From Lama guanicoe (lineage: Eukaryota), in assembly GCA_013239625.1 (NCBI GenBank), contig MU053652.1, positions 4,019,902 to 4,083,901 of the forward strand: a DNA stretch of 64,000 nt. Reading direction: 5' to 3'. Both the position numbers and the translations under genes were made by a program. Shown piece after piece: positions 1 to 13,700 of the stretch; the first letter of the stretch is position 1; every line of letters starts with the position of its first letter. The notes under the pieces are model-generated. The model searched no databases, had not been told where the DNA came from, and saw only the letters and a list, made by a program, of their open reading frames with translations.

Positions 1-99
1 GCATGTATAAAATATTTTGTCGCTGCTTCTTTCCCCCCACATTATATTTTTATTATTTATTGAAATTGAAGCATATTGATATAGATCAATTGTTTTAAT

Positions 100-620
100 G
101 ACTATACAGTAGGCTAATATATTGATATACTAGTTTATCCATTCCCCAACTAAGTTGTTTCCAATTGTTCACAATGGCAGCAATAAACATCTTTGTATGT
201 GTTTTTCTTGTGCCCAAGAGTTTAAGTGGACAGCTAGAGTCACTGTGCCATAATATGTGTACATCTTCAACTTTGCTAGATATGACCAAACTGCTTTTCA
301 GTTTTATACTCTGTTCCCTTATGCCAAGCAATGTATAAAAAGTACTCATTTTTCTATATCCTCATCAACCTCAGGCTTTTAAATTTTACATCTGATAATT
401 GTTAAATAATATCTTACCATTTAAATTTATTTTTCCCCATTTACTAACATTATTGAATATCTTTTCATATATTTATTAACCATATGGTTTTCTATGACTT
501 CTTAATTTATATTTTTTGACCATTTCTCTATTGTCTCTGTTGGGTTGTTCATCCCTCTCTCTCTCTCTCTCTCTGTGCTCCTATTCTGGGTTCTAATCCT
601 TTGTTGGTTATTAAACTTAG
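100..620 (-). mobile_element. Old L1 fragment, includes a (CT)n tract near 555-573
   Basis: Antisense L1 3' ORF2/UTR-like phrases (ccaaactgcttttca, catcttttcatatatttatt-like). Confidence 0.5.
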
Positions 621-1472
621 CTCTCTATTTCTGTCACTCATCACAAAATTTATTCCCTAAGCTATTCACAAGAACTTCTTAAAAAGTGTTTCTCTTTTCT
701 CTGAAAAAGCATGTCTGAAGTGTCACTTCCATGTGACAGAATATTTAACTTTCACACTATTTCCACACAAAGCTCATTTATTAATAACTGGTATTCATAG
801 CACGTGTAACATGGAGGCCTTTAATGTGAGATCACGTTTAGCCTACGCTAAAAATCCAGACAGAAGCAGCCCATCACTGAAAGAATGGGATTGCTTAACT
901 AGCTCAGAAATATCTAAGCAGAGCTCCACTACAATGGATACAGGTGACACGTCCAGCCTTGCTCAGCTGGCCAGTTGTGTAAAGAGTTTTTCTTCAGACA
1001 TTGCTGATATTTTAATAAGGAGCCAGTATTAGGGGAAAGGGGCAAGATAGATGTAGACGAGAAAAGGAGAGATGGAATGCAAAAGAGATGGAAAGGGTGG
1101 CAGAAAGAAGGGGGCACACAAAGATATGGGTAAATACGGGAAGAGAAACAAAGGGGAAATGGGGAGAAGTGGAGAGAAAACAGATTTGAGAGTGCACACA
1201 CCAAAAAAAAGGGAATAAAGAAGGGTGAGCAAAAAAGAGCGACAGAATGGAAGAGTGGAGAGTACCACAGCCAAGGGAGAACTCACAGAAAGAAATGTGA
1301 AAGCAAACAAAGAGATATTTACCACTGGAGGATGGAGAGAAGAGGAAATGTGGAGAACCGTCTTTGTTCTATAGCCACTTGCTGAGAACAGAGGCTGCCA
1401 GGTGAGATCACAGGCACCTTCCCTCCCTTCTTGGCCCTCCTTCCGCTCTCCACAGACCCATCTATCGCATAC

Positions 1473-1542
1473 CTGACAACTCGGCTGCGTGCCCATCTGC
1501 ATCTCCATACTCAAATTCCAGGGTGGGGCAGTCCACAGAGCC
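1473..1542 (-). CDS. STRIP2: STRIP2 coding exon 2 (GSVDCPTLEFEYGDADGHAAELS + 1 nt)
   Basis: Acceptor cattacag|GGC and donor TCAG|gtatgc; 70 nt, in phase with exon 1; peptide matches recalled STRIP2/FAM40B N-terminus. Confidence 0.92.
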
Positions 1543-2275
1543 CTGTAATGGAGAAATCTTTGTGGTAACTTGGGAAAAGGGTGGAGATTACACTCTCATT
1601 TCATCCTCTTCCTCTCCTGGAAGCCACGGTTAGATCAAGGAGGCAACTAGGAGAGTCTCACCTGGGCTTTTCATTCAAGAAGTACCCTCCTCCAAGCCAA
1701 AATTAGAGGCTCAGTGCAGGACCAGGCTGAAGATTCCTACATAGAATCAGAAACTCTGGGTAAAGGGCCAGGATCATAAACAGATATGAAAGCTGCAATC
1801 TGTGCCTGTATGAGATCTACATAAACATGGATTAGAAGAACATCTAGCTGATTTCTAGAAAAACAAGATGGACAGAAACAAAAGAGGCAAACTAGATTGT
1901 GACCTAAGCTCTGTTATTAACTCACTGTATGATTTTGTATGATCTATTCTGTGGATCACAATTCCTCATCCATAAAAAAGAGGTCTTCAGCTCTAATGTT
2001 CCACAATTTTAGGATTGTCAAATAAGATAGCATTTCTACTTTAAATTGTATTAGTAGATTTTCTATGATGTTTTATGTATAAATTTATAATCCTATTTTA
2101 AAAGTATTTTTAATATAATCCTACCACCTAACCTCTTTAAGCATTTTTGGGGTATTTCCTACTGGGATATATTAATATATATGAATTAAAAAATTTATAA
2201 ATCTCAGCTCTTGTCACACACTCTGTCACATATTATGTAATCTTGAACATGTTACTTAACCTCTTTGTGCCTTAG

Positions 2276-2953
2276 CGTGGTATAAAAAATATATTTGGTC
2301 TTTGCCCTCTTCCCCTTCTTTCTGGCACAGAGCTTCCAAAACCTTTGGAATTTCCTGAGCCATAGGAGTGTCTGTTATTCATAAGGAGCCCCTGTCAACC
2401 ATACTTGAGTTTATGCTAATAAGGTGATTCACAGTGAGAATTTCAAAGGAGGGGCTCCAGGGAGGGGATGAGGTTGAAGACTAAGCTCAATCAAGTGGCC
2501 AGTGGTTTAACCAACCATGCCTAAGTAATGAAACTCCATATAAAAACCCTGAAACAATGTGGGTTGCGCACACCAATGTGCTAGGAGGGTAATGCCCCAG
2601 AGAGGGCGAGGGAATTCTGCACCACCCCACCTCCATACCTTGTCCTATGCCTCTCTTGGTTTGGTTGTCTGAATTGTACCGTTTATAATATAATTGCAAT
2701 CGTAAGTACAGCACTTTTCTGAGTTTTGTTAAGTTTCTCTAGGAAATTATTGAACCTGAGAGGGGCAGTCATGGTAGCCCCTGAATTTGTAGTTGGACAG
2801 GCAGAAGTGCAGGTAGTCTGCAGACCCCACTGTGGCTGGCATCTGAAGTGGGGGCAGTCTTGGAGGACTGAGCCTTTAATTTGTGGGGTCTGTGCTAACT
2901 ACAGGTAGTGTCAGAACTGAACTGATATCAGGGTACTGTTGGAAAATGACAAA
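2276..2953 (+). mobile_element. Solo LTR, MER21-like (ERVL class), inserted in a MIR
   Basis: Recalled MER21 motifs (ctggcacagagct..., gagtttatgctaat, ctgaagtgggggcagtctt); 5-bp flanks CTTAG/CTCAG; MIR core continues on both sides. Confidence 0.7.
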
Positions 2954-4714
2954 CTCAGTTTTCTCATCTGTAAAATGAAGATAATTCATAGGATCATTGT
3001 AAGGACTAAATGCGTTAATACAGGAAAATCAGTTAACACCACCCAGCACTTTGTAAAACTATGTAGGTGGTTACTCTACTTAGAATTTTACTTATTCTAC
3101 TTATAATTTTAATATTATATTATAAAGACAGTTTTCTCATATATTAATATGAGGAAAATATCACTTTAACTGTCACTTTAAACAGCTAAATGGATAGATA
3201 CCTACTTGGTTTACTTAACCAATTCTCTATTGTTGAACATTTGTTTTTAGTTTTCCTTTACTATATACATGATGCTGTGATACCCTCATACATTTTTTGA
3301 CATTTAGGATCTTTCCGAAGGACAGATTCTTATAAAGGGAATCGATGCAACAGACCTTGTGAATATTTGTATAGCTCCTTGTACATGACACTCTGTTTTC
3401 CAAAACCACTTTATCAATTTACATTGCCAACAAGGTGAATCATGTTTAAATCCAGCAAAGATTTTCAAACTTCTGGTTTACAGAGACCAGTAAGAAAACA
3501 AAGATGGAGGGTGGGGAATGACATAAGGTTGTTGATGTTTTATTCTGCTAAGCAGAGACTTTAAGAATATTAAAATATATTAAAAATAAATTAAAATATA
3601 TTAAAAATATATTTTAAAATATATTTAAACATTTTTTTAAAAAAGTTTTATACCCCCAAAATAGAAAGGACAAAATATCAGAATAAAAGAGACATTAAAA
3701 GTAGTCTTTTTAAAAATTTTTTGACTGTAAGTATAAGTAAATTTTGTATCATATCCCAACACAAATCCACAAAACTGAAACAAAAGTTTAACAAAATAAA
3801 ATTTACTGTTATAAGTATTTCCTATTAATCTGTTTCTTAAAAAATGTTGGTCTGAACTCACTGGCCACCCTCTGGAGTTTGAAAATATTGTTTTAAATTA
3901 CATAAAAGTCAATGTATTGAACTACATTTTATGAAAAACTCACTTCAACACCCTGAATTTTCCTCATTTTGCCACAAACCAGTTAAACTTTGTCAAGGAC
4001 TTTGGGAACCAATTAAACCAGGGGATCTGCCTGTAAGAGGCCTGAGGTGAATCCTTGGTTAGGTTAAGAATCTTTTTATTAAGCAAACAATTGTTCTCTA
4101 GCTTCCTTTTAATGTTAGGATGTCCATACACATTGGGAGAAGGTAGGTCAATAGTGCCCCTATAAACAGTGATGTACGAGAAGGCTCTCATGACTGGTGC
4201 CAACAGTAATTCTCTTCCAGTAATTCTTTTTAGAAGCCCTAGAAAGGAAAGAAAATCATCTCCCCAAGGACAGTCTTCCATAGGAATGTGAAAGGAGGGG
4301 AGGAAAAGCAGATACTCATCTATGTGAGAGAGTTAAGCAGAGAGCCTGGCACCTGGGTGTTGTGGTGATAGAGGATATACTGACAGGTAAGAGCAGCTCT
4401 CTGGCTGCAGTGGAAGGTGGAGGAGAACTAATGTTTCCAGCCAGCCTTTGGCCAGGCAATGAGCTCAGATGGCGAACATCACTGCAGTTGTTCATTTTCA
4501 AGCCTGGGAAGTGCAGCTGCAGACAATCAGGAGGTTAAATGCGGTGCAGGTGGAAAGCCCTGAGTCTCTGGATACTGACCTCACTGGCAAGAGTAAAGTA
4601 CTATCAGAGCCTTTTCCTGGAGGAAGACTTGATAGGTAGGGAAAAGAACCCCCTGGTTCAAGAGGAGTTTTAATTCCCCCACAGATACTATTCTGAAATT
4701 ATTTTATTCACTCC

Positions 4715-4840
4715 CACATTGTCTGTCTCTCTATCACCACTAGAATGTTAGCTCCACGGAGCAAAGACCTCATCTTGTTTACTGCTGTATCCCTAGTTCC
4801 TAAAACAGCGCTGGGCATACAGAAAGGACTAAATAATTAA
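4715..4840 (+). mobile_element. L2 3' end
   Basis: ctagaatgttagctccacggagcaaagacc...actgctgtatccctag...gcgctgggcatac. Confidence 0.65.
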
Positions 4841-5224
4841 TAAGACTCATCTCATCTGAGCTCAAAAAAACCCATTTGAGCAGGAGCAATGTCTCTATGG
4901 GGGAAAGGAGGCACAGAGCACCCTAAAAGGCCAGATTAACACTGAGGCAAGAAGGGAGATGATTTGGTGCATAGAACCCTGATCCACATGGTAGGAGGGC
5001 TGAGCTCTGCTCCTGAAAGATGGTGTGACTTTGGGCCAGTCTTTTTGCTGCCTCCACTTCTCTCTTTTAAAAAATGGGGATGGAGTTCTACTTGTCTGTA
5101 TCAAAATGTAATGCATACATGAAATACCACTGGAAACTGAAATTCAAACTACTATTCAAATGGTAAACCATGGACTGGGATGCCTAAGACATGGCTTCTA
5201 GTACTAGCCCTTGATGATGCTGAT

Positions 5225-5495
5225 AATACAGTATTAAGAGCTACGATATACTAACCAATTACATGCACTGTGCCTGCACTGAATTAAACATTTCACATTA
5301 GGTTATCTCATTTGACTTTATCACAATTCTTCTGAGATAGGTGGTGTTAACCTCATTTCACAGATGAAGAAACTGGAGCTCAGAGAGGTTGGGCAATTTG
5401 CCAAAAGTCACACAGAGAGTAAATGGTAGAGCTGGGATTCAAAGCCTCAAAACCTGACTGACCCCAAAGCGTGGTCTAGAGCCACTATGCCATTG
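5225..5495 (-). mobile_element. MIR SINE
   Basis: Core catttcacagatgaagaaactggagctcagagaggtt...gtcacacag...agagctgggattcaaa. Confidence 0.8.
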
Positions 5496-6401
5496 TATGA
5501 TACTGGGCAAGTTACTTCTGTCTCTCACTTCTGTAAAAGCAAGGGCTAAAACCAGGTGATCTCTACAGACCCTTCCACATCTGACACACTGGGCTCTCTT
5601 CTCCTGATCCCTCGCTCAGATCCAATTCTACTCTTGGCTAGTTGATGGAAACTGGCTGGCTGAGGGTATGTGTGTGTGATGTTAACTCACTCATTTCATC
5701 CTCCTAGTTACGATTTCTTTTCAGAAGAGGGAATATTCATACTCCCATCTGCGGGTCTGCATGCTGGGACCGGTGCATTCACTCGCTCCGGTACTGCCCC
5801 GTCTGACTCCTGTCTCATTAACCCTTACGGAGAGAGGGGTCCTGATGCCCGTGGAAAGCACGCCCTCAAGGGCCTGCCAACACGAGGGGTTGGGGGGAAG
5901 GGGACGGGCCGAAGCCATGCGGCTCCTCTGATCGGCTCGGGAGCCTTGGGTGGGAGGGCGGCGGCCCGCACGCGGGCCCCTCGTTACCGCCGCGGAGTTC
6001 CGGCCTCCCACCCCTCAGGCCACTCACTCAGCCTCTCCGCGCCCGTTCCCTCCTCTGAACTCGGCGACGCCAATTCCCACTTCTGGGGCTGCAGCGATTA
6101 AGTGAGATACGTATTTGAAAGTATCTGGGACGCTCGATATCGCGCGACATCTCTGCGCCCCCAGAGGCCAGGGGACTAGAAAGCCCTCGGCCCGCCGCCG
6201 GAGACGGGCGGAGAGGGGTCAGGAGCTGCAGAGCAGAGTTCAGGCTGCGGCGGACCCCGCAGGCGCCCGCCCCAAGGGGCGGCTCGGGGCGCGCCGGGGG
6301 CTCCGGGCGCGGGAGGGGGACGGCGCCGCAGCACTTCAACCACCGCTGCCCTCCCCAGGCGTAGGGTCCCGGCCCCAACTAAAGCTCTCCCGGCTCCTCA
6401 C

Positions 6402-6548
6402 CTCCGACTCCCGCCGCTGGCTTCTGAACGCTTCCCGGCCCTTGGGCGCCGCCGCCTTCCCTTTGCCGTTGCCATTGCCGTTGCCGTTGCCGTTGCCGTT
6501 GCCATTGGAGAGGGGGCTCCCGGCCCCGGGCGCCGCGGGGTCCTCCAT
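6402..6548 (-). CDS. STRIP2: STRIP2 coding exon 1 (MEDPAAPGAGSPLS(NG)7KGKAAAPKGREAFRSQRRESE)
   Basis: ATG at 6548, donor GAG|gtgagg at 6401; 147 nt; resembles recalled human MEDPAAPG...APKGREAFRSQRRESE; STRIP2 follows AHCYL2 in mammals. Confidence 0.93.
6465..6506 (-). repeat. Coding hexanucleotide repeat (AAYGGC)7 encoding (Asn-Gly)7
   Basis: Read directly from the sequence. Confidence 0.95.
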
Positions 6549-8192
6549 GCGGTTCTTGCTCTTGATAGCGGCTCCCCTTAGTCGCTCAGGGCTCTCTGCC
6601 CGAGGCGACCCCGCCGCCGCCGCGCGCCGCGAGCCAGCCCCGGCCCCTCCACAGCTATTGGATGCGGCCGCTCTCAGCATGCCCCGCCCCGCAGTGCGAT
6701 TGGCTGTTCGACCTCCCCGAGCGGGACTTGGAGGAGGTGGGGGCTCATTCAAGGTTTTTTTTGGGGGGGAGGGTTGGCCCTCTTTTTTACCCCAGTTCTG
6801 CGGTGTTGCTGGTAGCCTGACACTCCTGGGTCGGCTCCCGGCTCCACTTGCCAAATTCTGGGCCTTAAGCTCTGGCTGGTTTCTGCTTCTCCCTCGGTGT
6901 CCCTCAGCACTCACCCCCTCCCAAACAGCGACCTTTTCGGGGAGCTCTAGTCTCCACCTCTTGCTCCTCTGCAGTCACCGTTTCCCCATGGCCACAGATC
7001 TCTGCCCCCAAATCCCGGCTCTGAATATGTCCCAAATCCCGCTTCAGTCAAAAGGGAGGGATGGCATGGCCGGTGGCCAGGGACACTGCAGCAAAGGAGG
7101 GACTCTCCCTCCCTGGAAGTTGAGATTTCTCAACTCGGAGTGACTGGAAGATTGGGGGTTGAGGGGTGGGGTGGGGTGGGGCATTTTTACTTCACTGAAA
7201 GTGCCGGTGCCTTGTCGGGCTGCTCCAGGCCATCTGCTTTTCTCTGCTGGAGCAGGGCACCTTCCTCATGGTGTGAGCTAGGAAGTACATCTTGACTGGA
7301 GAGTAAGCCCCCACCTGCTCCCCAGTCCTTTCTTTCATTCTAAGATCCTTCCTAAGGGCTCAGTGTTACCTGGGGCAAACAAGGCTGTGTGGTCTGTCCA
7401 TTCTGCAATTTACCTAAAAAGCAGCTTACAGTAAAGATGTAGCCATTCTGGGATCATAAAAGAAGCCCCAAACAAGCAGCAGAAGGGGAATGAGTGGGAC
7501 TGATAGGGGGATTGTTGAACTGCCATTTTGTTCCAGGCATTGTACTAGACACTTTCAAGATATATCACATCTGTCCAACAGGTTGTTTTCACTAATCCAA
7601 TATTACTGATAAGGAAACAGGAACTCCCAGAGATTAGTTACTCCTTGCAGTTCTCAAGGTACTGTCTTGTTTTGGTGTGTTTGCATATGCTATTTTTTCT
7701 CACTGGAGGAAATGCTATTCTTCTTTTGGCTAACTTTTCCTCTTCCTTAAAAACTCCATCTAGTCATCACCTCCTCCTCCAGAAAGCCTTTCTTTTGACC
7801 CTCCTCAACCTACTCAGTCTGTGCTGGTATCAGCCAAATCTGCCTGGATCCACAATCCTTATATTTTCCACTATGTCCCCAAAGTAAGGGGCCCAAAGGA
7901 GCCAGCACCCCCCTTCTTGTAGGGACAGCTCCGTCCCTTTCCTAACCATAACTCTCCCTCAGTTTCCTCTGCTAATTAGTAGGTGACACGTAAGAAGAGT
8001 GGAGAGATCGGCGAGCACTCTGGAGATAGTTCTGAGTTCCTTTCTATCCCTAGTCTTCCACGTCTCCTTACTGTACCCACCCACCATTTTCCCTTTCCTT
8101 TCTCATTCCCACCCACACCCTCAACCTGGCTATAAGCTCTTTGAAAGTAGCTTTTGTTCATTTGTTTATACCTCGTTTATGTATGTTTAACA

Positions 8193-8398
8193 CAGGGTTT
8201 CTTCTGTATTATCAACTGAAAAATTACTTGTAGGGGGCTGTCCTGTACACTGTGGGATGTTTAGCAGAATCCCTGGCTTCTCTTCACTAGATGCTAGCAG
8301 GACGTCCCCCCCCACCCCAATTGTGACAACCAAAAGTGTCTCCAGATACTGCAAAATGTTCCCTAGGAGGCAAAATCTTCTCTGGTTGAGACCTGCTG
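8193..8398 (+). mobile_element. MER20-like hAT-Charlie DNA transposon
   Basis: gggggctgtcctgtacactgtgggatgtttagcagaatccctggc...ttgtgacaaccaaaagtgtctccaga...ggttgagacctgctg. Confidence 0.8.
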
Positions 8399-9689
8399 GC
8401 TTAAAGAATTGAACTGATAATGAATTTCCAAGAAAGTCCCTGGCTCAAGGCCTAAATTATTGGATTTTAGAAAAATTTTCAGAGTATAATTTTGTTAAAC
8501 TCTTAAAGATTCACACTCTGCTTTCAAATTCACAACCCACGCCTAGCTCATCACTGTTTCAGTGTGGTAAACCTGCCACAGCACAGCCCATTAGGGCCTC
8601 TTAATAAAAGAACTTAATTTTTCTACCTCCACTCTTCCCAATACCTCTCCTCCTGAGCAGTCAACTCTCTAGGATTGACAAGCCCAGAATTTCATATTCT
8701 TTTTTGTGAGCCTAGTCAATCAGCAGGAACCCCAACAGTGGTGACAGACAGGAGTGGCCACTTTTGAGGCTTTGTTCCTTTTTTGACCTATCCTTAGGGC
8801 AGAGGGAGTCCAGAGACCATCAAATGGGAGTAGTATTGGGGACAACTCTCAGTGCCCTCTGGCCTCTATATAAAGCCTTTTGCTGAGCTTAGAGCTCCAT
8901 CTGGCTTCATTTTGAGAAAAGGGGTTAAAAAAATGGTGCTCTGGAGATTGCAAAGAATCAACACAAGGAGCGACTTCAATACAGATTCTTTTCCACACTG
9001 CAGTGGAATGGGAGACAGTAAACATCAAACACCTATCTGACCATTATAGGCCCAGACTTTTAGAGCGTGTCATAAGGAAGACGATATCTGGAAACAACTA
9101 CTGGATGAAATAACAAGAAAACACAGATTAACTGAAAACTTTGAAATTATAGGCCATGGAATTTGCACACACACTATTTTTTTTTTTTTAGTTTATTTCT
9201 CAACAAAGAAGTGGCATCCATCAATACCACTGACCACAGACGTACCCATAAATACACCTCAGAGCTAATTAGGTGTTGGTCTACATCTTGCAGAGATGGC
9301 TTCAGTGCTGAGTTATTTTAAACCTACGCTACCACTTTCCCTTGTCCCAAAAATCAGGTATTCTGAGGCTGCTGGCAAGAGGGCTGGAGGTATAAATAGG
9401 TATAGTTATAAGGACCAAACATACCCCTTTCCCTGTATAAGCATGCCACTTTAATCCACAGAGGTCAGTTACGTGATTAAATAGATAACATCTGGCAATG
9501 AGAAAGCTAAAAAGTAAGATGCAGGAAGTCTTAAAATACCTAGCTTTTGTGGATATTGGGCAGCCAGGATAAAATAGTAGAAAAAGGACGGAAACATCCC
9601 ATTTCACCCCATCAGGAGCACGTGTGGGTGTAATGAGCCAATACAAGCTCTGTAGGGCCCTAGACTGAGACAAAGAGTTATGCAGTACC

Positions 9690-9890
9690 AAGTGTTTACT
9701 GGGTCTTCAACCAGTATTCTAAACATTAAATCAAGTCATTTAATCCTTACTCTAGGAGATAAGCTTTATCCATTTCACAGGCAAGAAAGCTGAGGCTCTG
9801 AGTGGTTCTATAATTTGGCCAAGACACGCAACTTGTAAATGGTAGAGCTGATCAAGTCAGCCTGACTCCAAGCTCTTTCCACAGTACCAT
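9690..9890 (-). mobile_element. MIR SINE
   Basis: catttcacaggcaagaaagctgaggctctgagtggtt core. Confidence 0.65.
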
Positions 9891-10739
9891 GAGACAGAGA
9901 AATTACACAGCAGTGAGCAGCCTGGGCTTAGTCTGTGAACCCGAAACTAAGACCCAGGTACCCAAGGTTCCATCCTTCACAAAAGGAGTCAAGCTATGCT
10001 GTAGGGGAGCAAATCCGGGCAGCTGGCTCATTCTCCTCAACTAGATTGGGCCAGCTTTGAGCCATTACCAACTGCCCAGGCTATTCCAGCCCTGTGGCCC
10101 TTGGTTTAGATTAACAGAACTCAATGTGGCATGAGATTCTGATAGGGAAGAAAACATTTTGCATACATGATGTCAAACTAGTTAGGTTGTCAACTAAAGA
10201 AGGTGGCTATCAGAAAGCTACTCAAAAATGACTACTCTACTGGTAGTTGAGAAAGAACAGGCAGTTGGACTCATCCTCTGGTTATGATGTAGTCAGGCAA
10301 AACCTGACTGAAGAGATAATTCTCTCCCAGATTCATTTCTTTCTTCTCTTTGGTTGGATGTAGTTAGGTGTCAGCGTCCTTTGGTCCCAAACCAAACTGT
10401 GGAATGCTGGCTTCCTGTGCTCTCCAGCTAAGGGCAGCACACTGAGGGCTTGGGGGACCAAGGACCAGGCTGTACGTACTCTCTCAACTCCCCAGGGTGA
10501 TGGCTCTGAGAAAGCAGGTTCTTTATACACATAACGGGGTAGGCAGCAGGGGGTGGTATTTATGAGTGGAGTGACCCACTATGGAATGAGAGACTCACAG
10601 CTAAGGCCACACAAACATGCCTATTGGTAACTGCTTCAGCTTTTCACATCCTAGCTCTACAGCAAGCTCTCTAGACTGTTGCCCAGAAACCTCTCTCATC
10701 TCTGAATTCCTAGTTCAGCAAGGAATACTCTCAAGACAA

Positions 10740-13700
10740 TAATCCATTTTAAGAATATTTTATTTATCGTTTGAGATTACATATTCATTATTGCTGATCT
10801 AATACAATCACTTAGACATAAAGATTTCCAAGAGCCTCTCAGAAATGGCAATCCTTAGAGGTTTTATTTCCTTTTAGTAAGATGACAATGAGAACTAGAT
10901 GATTATTTATATATATATATAGTATATACGTACGTATATAGAGTTTAGAACTTGTCCACATATAATTTGCTGGTGTTGCCTATTTTCTTTCCATAATTCT
11001 CCTTTATTAAAAAAGCTTAATGCAACAATGCATTTTGATTTTTTTTAAAACCAGGACAAAGTTAATTTTGAGAAAACCACAGGAGCAGCAATTTCAGATC
11101 TGTTCAGAGAAAAGCCAAGCAGCAAAAAAGCTTTGCAAGAGTATGTGGCCATGGGGAGCCGTGCTCATATGGGAAGGGAAGACAAGGAGGTAGGAGGGCA
11201 GAGGGAAGGTAGACCAGATATCTTTATATATTTATTTTTTTTTAGTGAGAAAAAGAAAATTTAGTATTTCCTTTAAGAAGGCAAAAAAGACCTTGAAAAC
11301 TAGCACAAATTCATTGTAGAGAAAATGGTAAGTATCCCTACAGACCAGGGCCACATATAAAAAGTCTTTCCTATGCTTCCAGATACCTAGGATGCATCTA
11401 AGGTGAGAGCTTGAGGGAAGATGACATCTTTGTTCTGATTACAAGGGCAGGGAGAATAATGACCAAATTCCAACACCAAGGTGGAACCCAAATACTCAGG
11501 AGGCCTGGACCTCCTTTTCCTTAATGGTTGGTGACTCAGGATCCCCTGAAATTCAGAGGCAAATACCTCACCATGGGTAGCAACACTGGCAACCTAACCT
11601 AGAAGCCCAGTGTGGCTCCTTGTTCATTTGGAATGGGTCTCTTCACTACTGCAAGGCAGAGCTTGCTCTGTCAGGACCAGCAGAGTGAGCGCCACAGGCA
11701 GCCAGGCTTTGCTGAGAAACAGCAGGCTGTGATATTTGGCCTAAAACATAATAGGCTGGAGTCCAGATATCTGCCTAATGGATTCTACTCCGGATGTAAA
11801 TGAGGTACAAATCTCATTTTCTGAATCTTCTGCTAAAGGGATTCAATTAATACAAAAATCAGAACTGGGAAGGCAAAAGGAAGAACTGAATAGCCCTGGT
11901 GGAATTTTCAGCCTTTATGATCTTCTTTATGAAAGAATACAGCCATGTATGTGGCAATTTTCTAGTACTCGCTAAGACATAAGTCTCTGATGAACCAGAT
12001 TCTATGGGCTGAGCCAGTATGCTATTTAATGAGGCAAAGAGCCATTTACCTAAGGCCCACCTCCCTACCTCCAAAAGGAAGGTCACTTCCAGACTAGCTC
12101 AGGATATATGTGAAGACCAGGGGAAGCTGGAGAAGGTGGAAACAGGAGCAGAAGGTTACAGTGATCCTGGGTGGTTTGGTGTTTCCTTGAGTCACCCTGG
12201 TCTTGAGACTTTGAAGCAAACCATGGTAGAAAAAAATGGAAAAACAAGCAAAACTTTAAGTATTAAATAGGGATGGCAGGGGAAAAAAGGGCTCATTTCA
12301 TCCAAGATTCCTAGGGCCACTCCAGACTTAACTCCTAGAACCAATCTGGTCCCAATGGAACCCTTAAGACCAATAGGTCAGTCTCCAAAAGGAATCCAAT
12401 TCTTAGGTGGGATACAAAATTTCAGGCTGCTCACATTATAAATTTTTTGTAATGGTGGAGGTGTTAAAAAAAACTACCTCTCTGAAATACAGAATCTTAA
12501 GATGGAAGAGGCCAGAACATAAAAAGATATGTCTGCAGAGAAGAAAGACGACAGACCAAATTGCAGAGACATTAGATTTCAGTTTCATCAATGGCAATGA
12601 CCAAAGGGATGAATGTCCGATGAGGTTCAAACTAGTCAAACTAGCTTTGATCATCTGGATTCAGTTTACAGTGTCATCTCTGTATCGCCTACTCAGTTAA
12701 GCTGCAAAGCCCTTCCCAGGGGACAAATAAATATGTTCTGCTTCTTTAGGGTATTGAGCTGTGGGCCTGAAAGACCTGTCCCATTTCCAAAGTCCTGCAC
12801 GCCCAAATCCCTTGAAAGGTAGGCCTTTTCCTGCTCAATTTCAGAAAGTTTTAGGCAATAGGAGGAAGTTTCAGGAAGCAGTGTTTCACAACAAACCTCC
12901 TTTTATGAGACAGTGACAATCTGGAGGGAGCTTCCCGGGAAACTATCCAGTTAAATGACAAGGAAGTAAAATTACGGGCTCCCGTGGGGCTGGCCCCCAC
13001 TTCCTGAGCAGAGGTTAGCTGGGTTATAAAGACAGCAAAACAAATGTCTGACAAACATCAGAGCTGCTGAGGAAATAATAGAGGCACATTCCTCTTGGAA
13101 CTTGAAAGTGTTAAAATGGACATAAATATTCAAGAAGAAAGGAGTCCCGGGTAAGGAAGGAGACCCACAGCAAGTACAGGGAGAGCTGAGTTTTTGGTGT
13201 AGCTGCCAAAGCCTCAACACTCCTTCCTTCCCAGCCATTGTATAAAGAAGGCAGTGATAGTGATGGTCAAGGCTGGGAACCCAGGCCAAGTGAATTCAGT
13301 GGTTTCCAAAAGGCCTCACCTAGGGAAGGGCCAAAGCTGAGAAAGGCAGCGGTTAAAAACTTATTCCAGAAAAACCCCAGAGAACAAGGAATCTGGAATC
13401 CATGGACTAACTCCTGAGCCTGGACGAGAGAATACTGACCAATGCTGAGGACTCAGAGTCAATGGGGAATCATGCGAAGGACGCACTGGGAGCAGCTACC
13501 CCATTTCTTTCCTTTCTCAGCCTGTCCTCTGTGGCTCTCACAGCCCTTGGGGCAGCAACCACACTCTAGGCCAAGGCGACAGGCACAGGATTCTGGATTT
13601 TAATAAATAAATAATCTAACATACAGGATGAGCACGGCGGGCAGCTGATTGGAGAAGCAGCTTGCTGGGTTCTTTCCTGTATAGGAGTGGAGAAAAGACT

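Larger units (their letters stand above)
5900..6750. promoter_or_regulatory. CpG island / STRIP2 promoter with two CCAAT boxes and a GC box
   Basis: Very GC- and CpG-rich; minus-strand CCAAT (attgg on +) at 6657-6661 and 6699-6703; GGGGCGGGGC at 6681-6690. Confidence 0.85.

Noticed and set aside
1030..1345. Purine-rich tract giving several hydrophobic minus-strand ORFs
   Set aside because: Low-complexity composition explains the ORFs; no periodic unit or splice support
6549..6680. In-frame upstream ATG (6680) that would add 44 aa to STRIP2
   Set aside because: It sits between the GC box and a CCAAT box, so probably upstream of the transcription start; the known protein begins MEDP. CAGE data could overturn this
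6115..7143. 342-aa plus-strand ORF
   Set aside because: Antisense to STRIP2 exon 1 across a GC-rich island where stops are scarce; starts at TTG; the PLPLPL tract mirrors the NG repeat; no recognisable domain
9177..9197. Minus-strand AATAAA next to a genomic A13 run downstream of AHCYL2
   Set aside because: Hexamer is only 2 nt from the A-run, no TSD seen; a likely internal-priming artefact site rather than a transcript end
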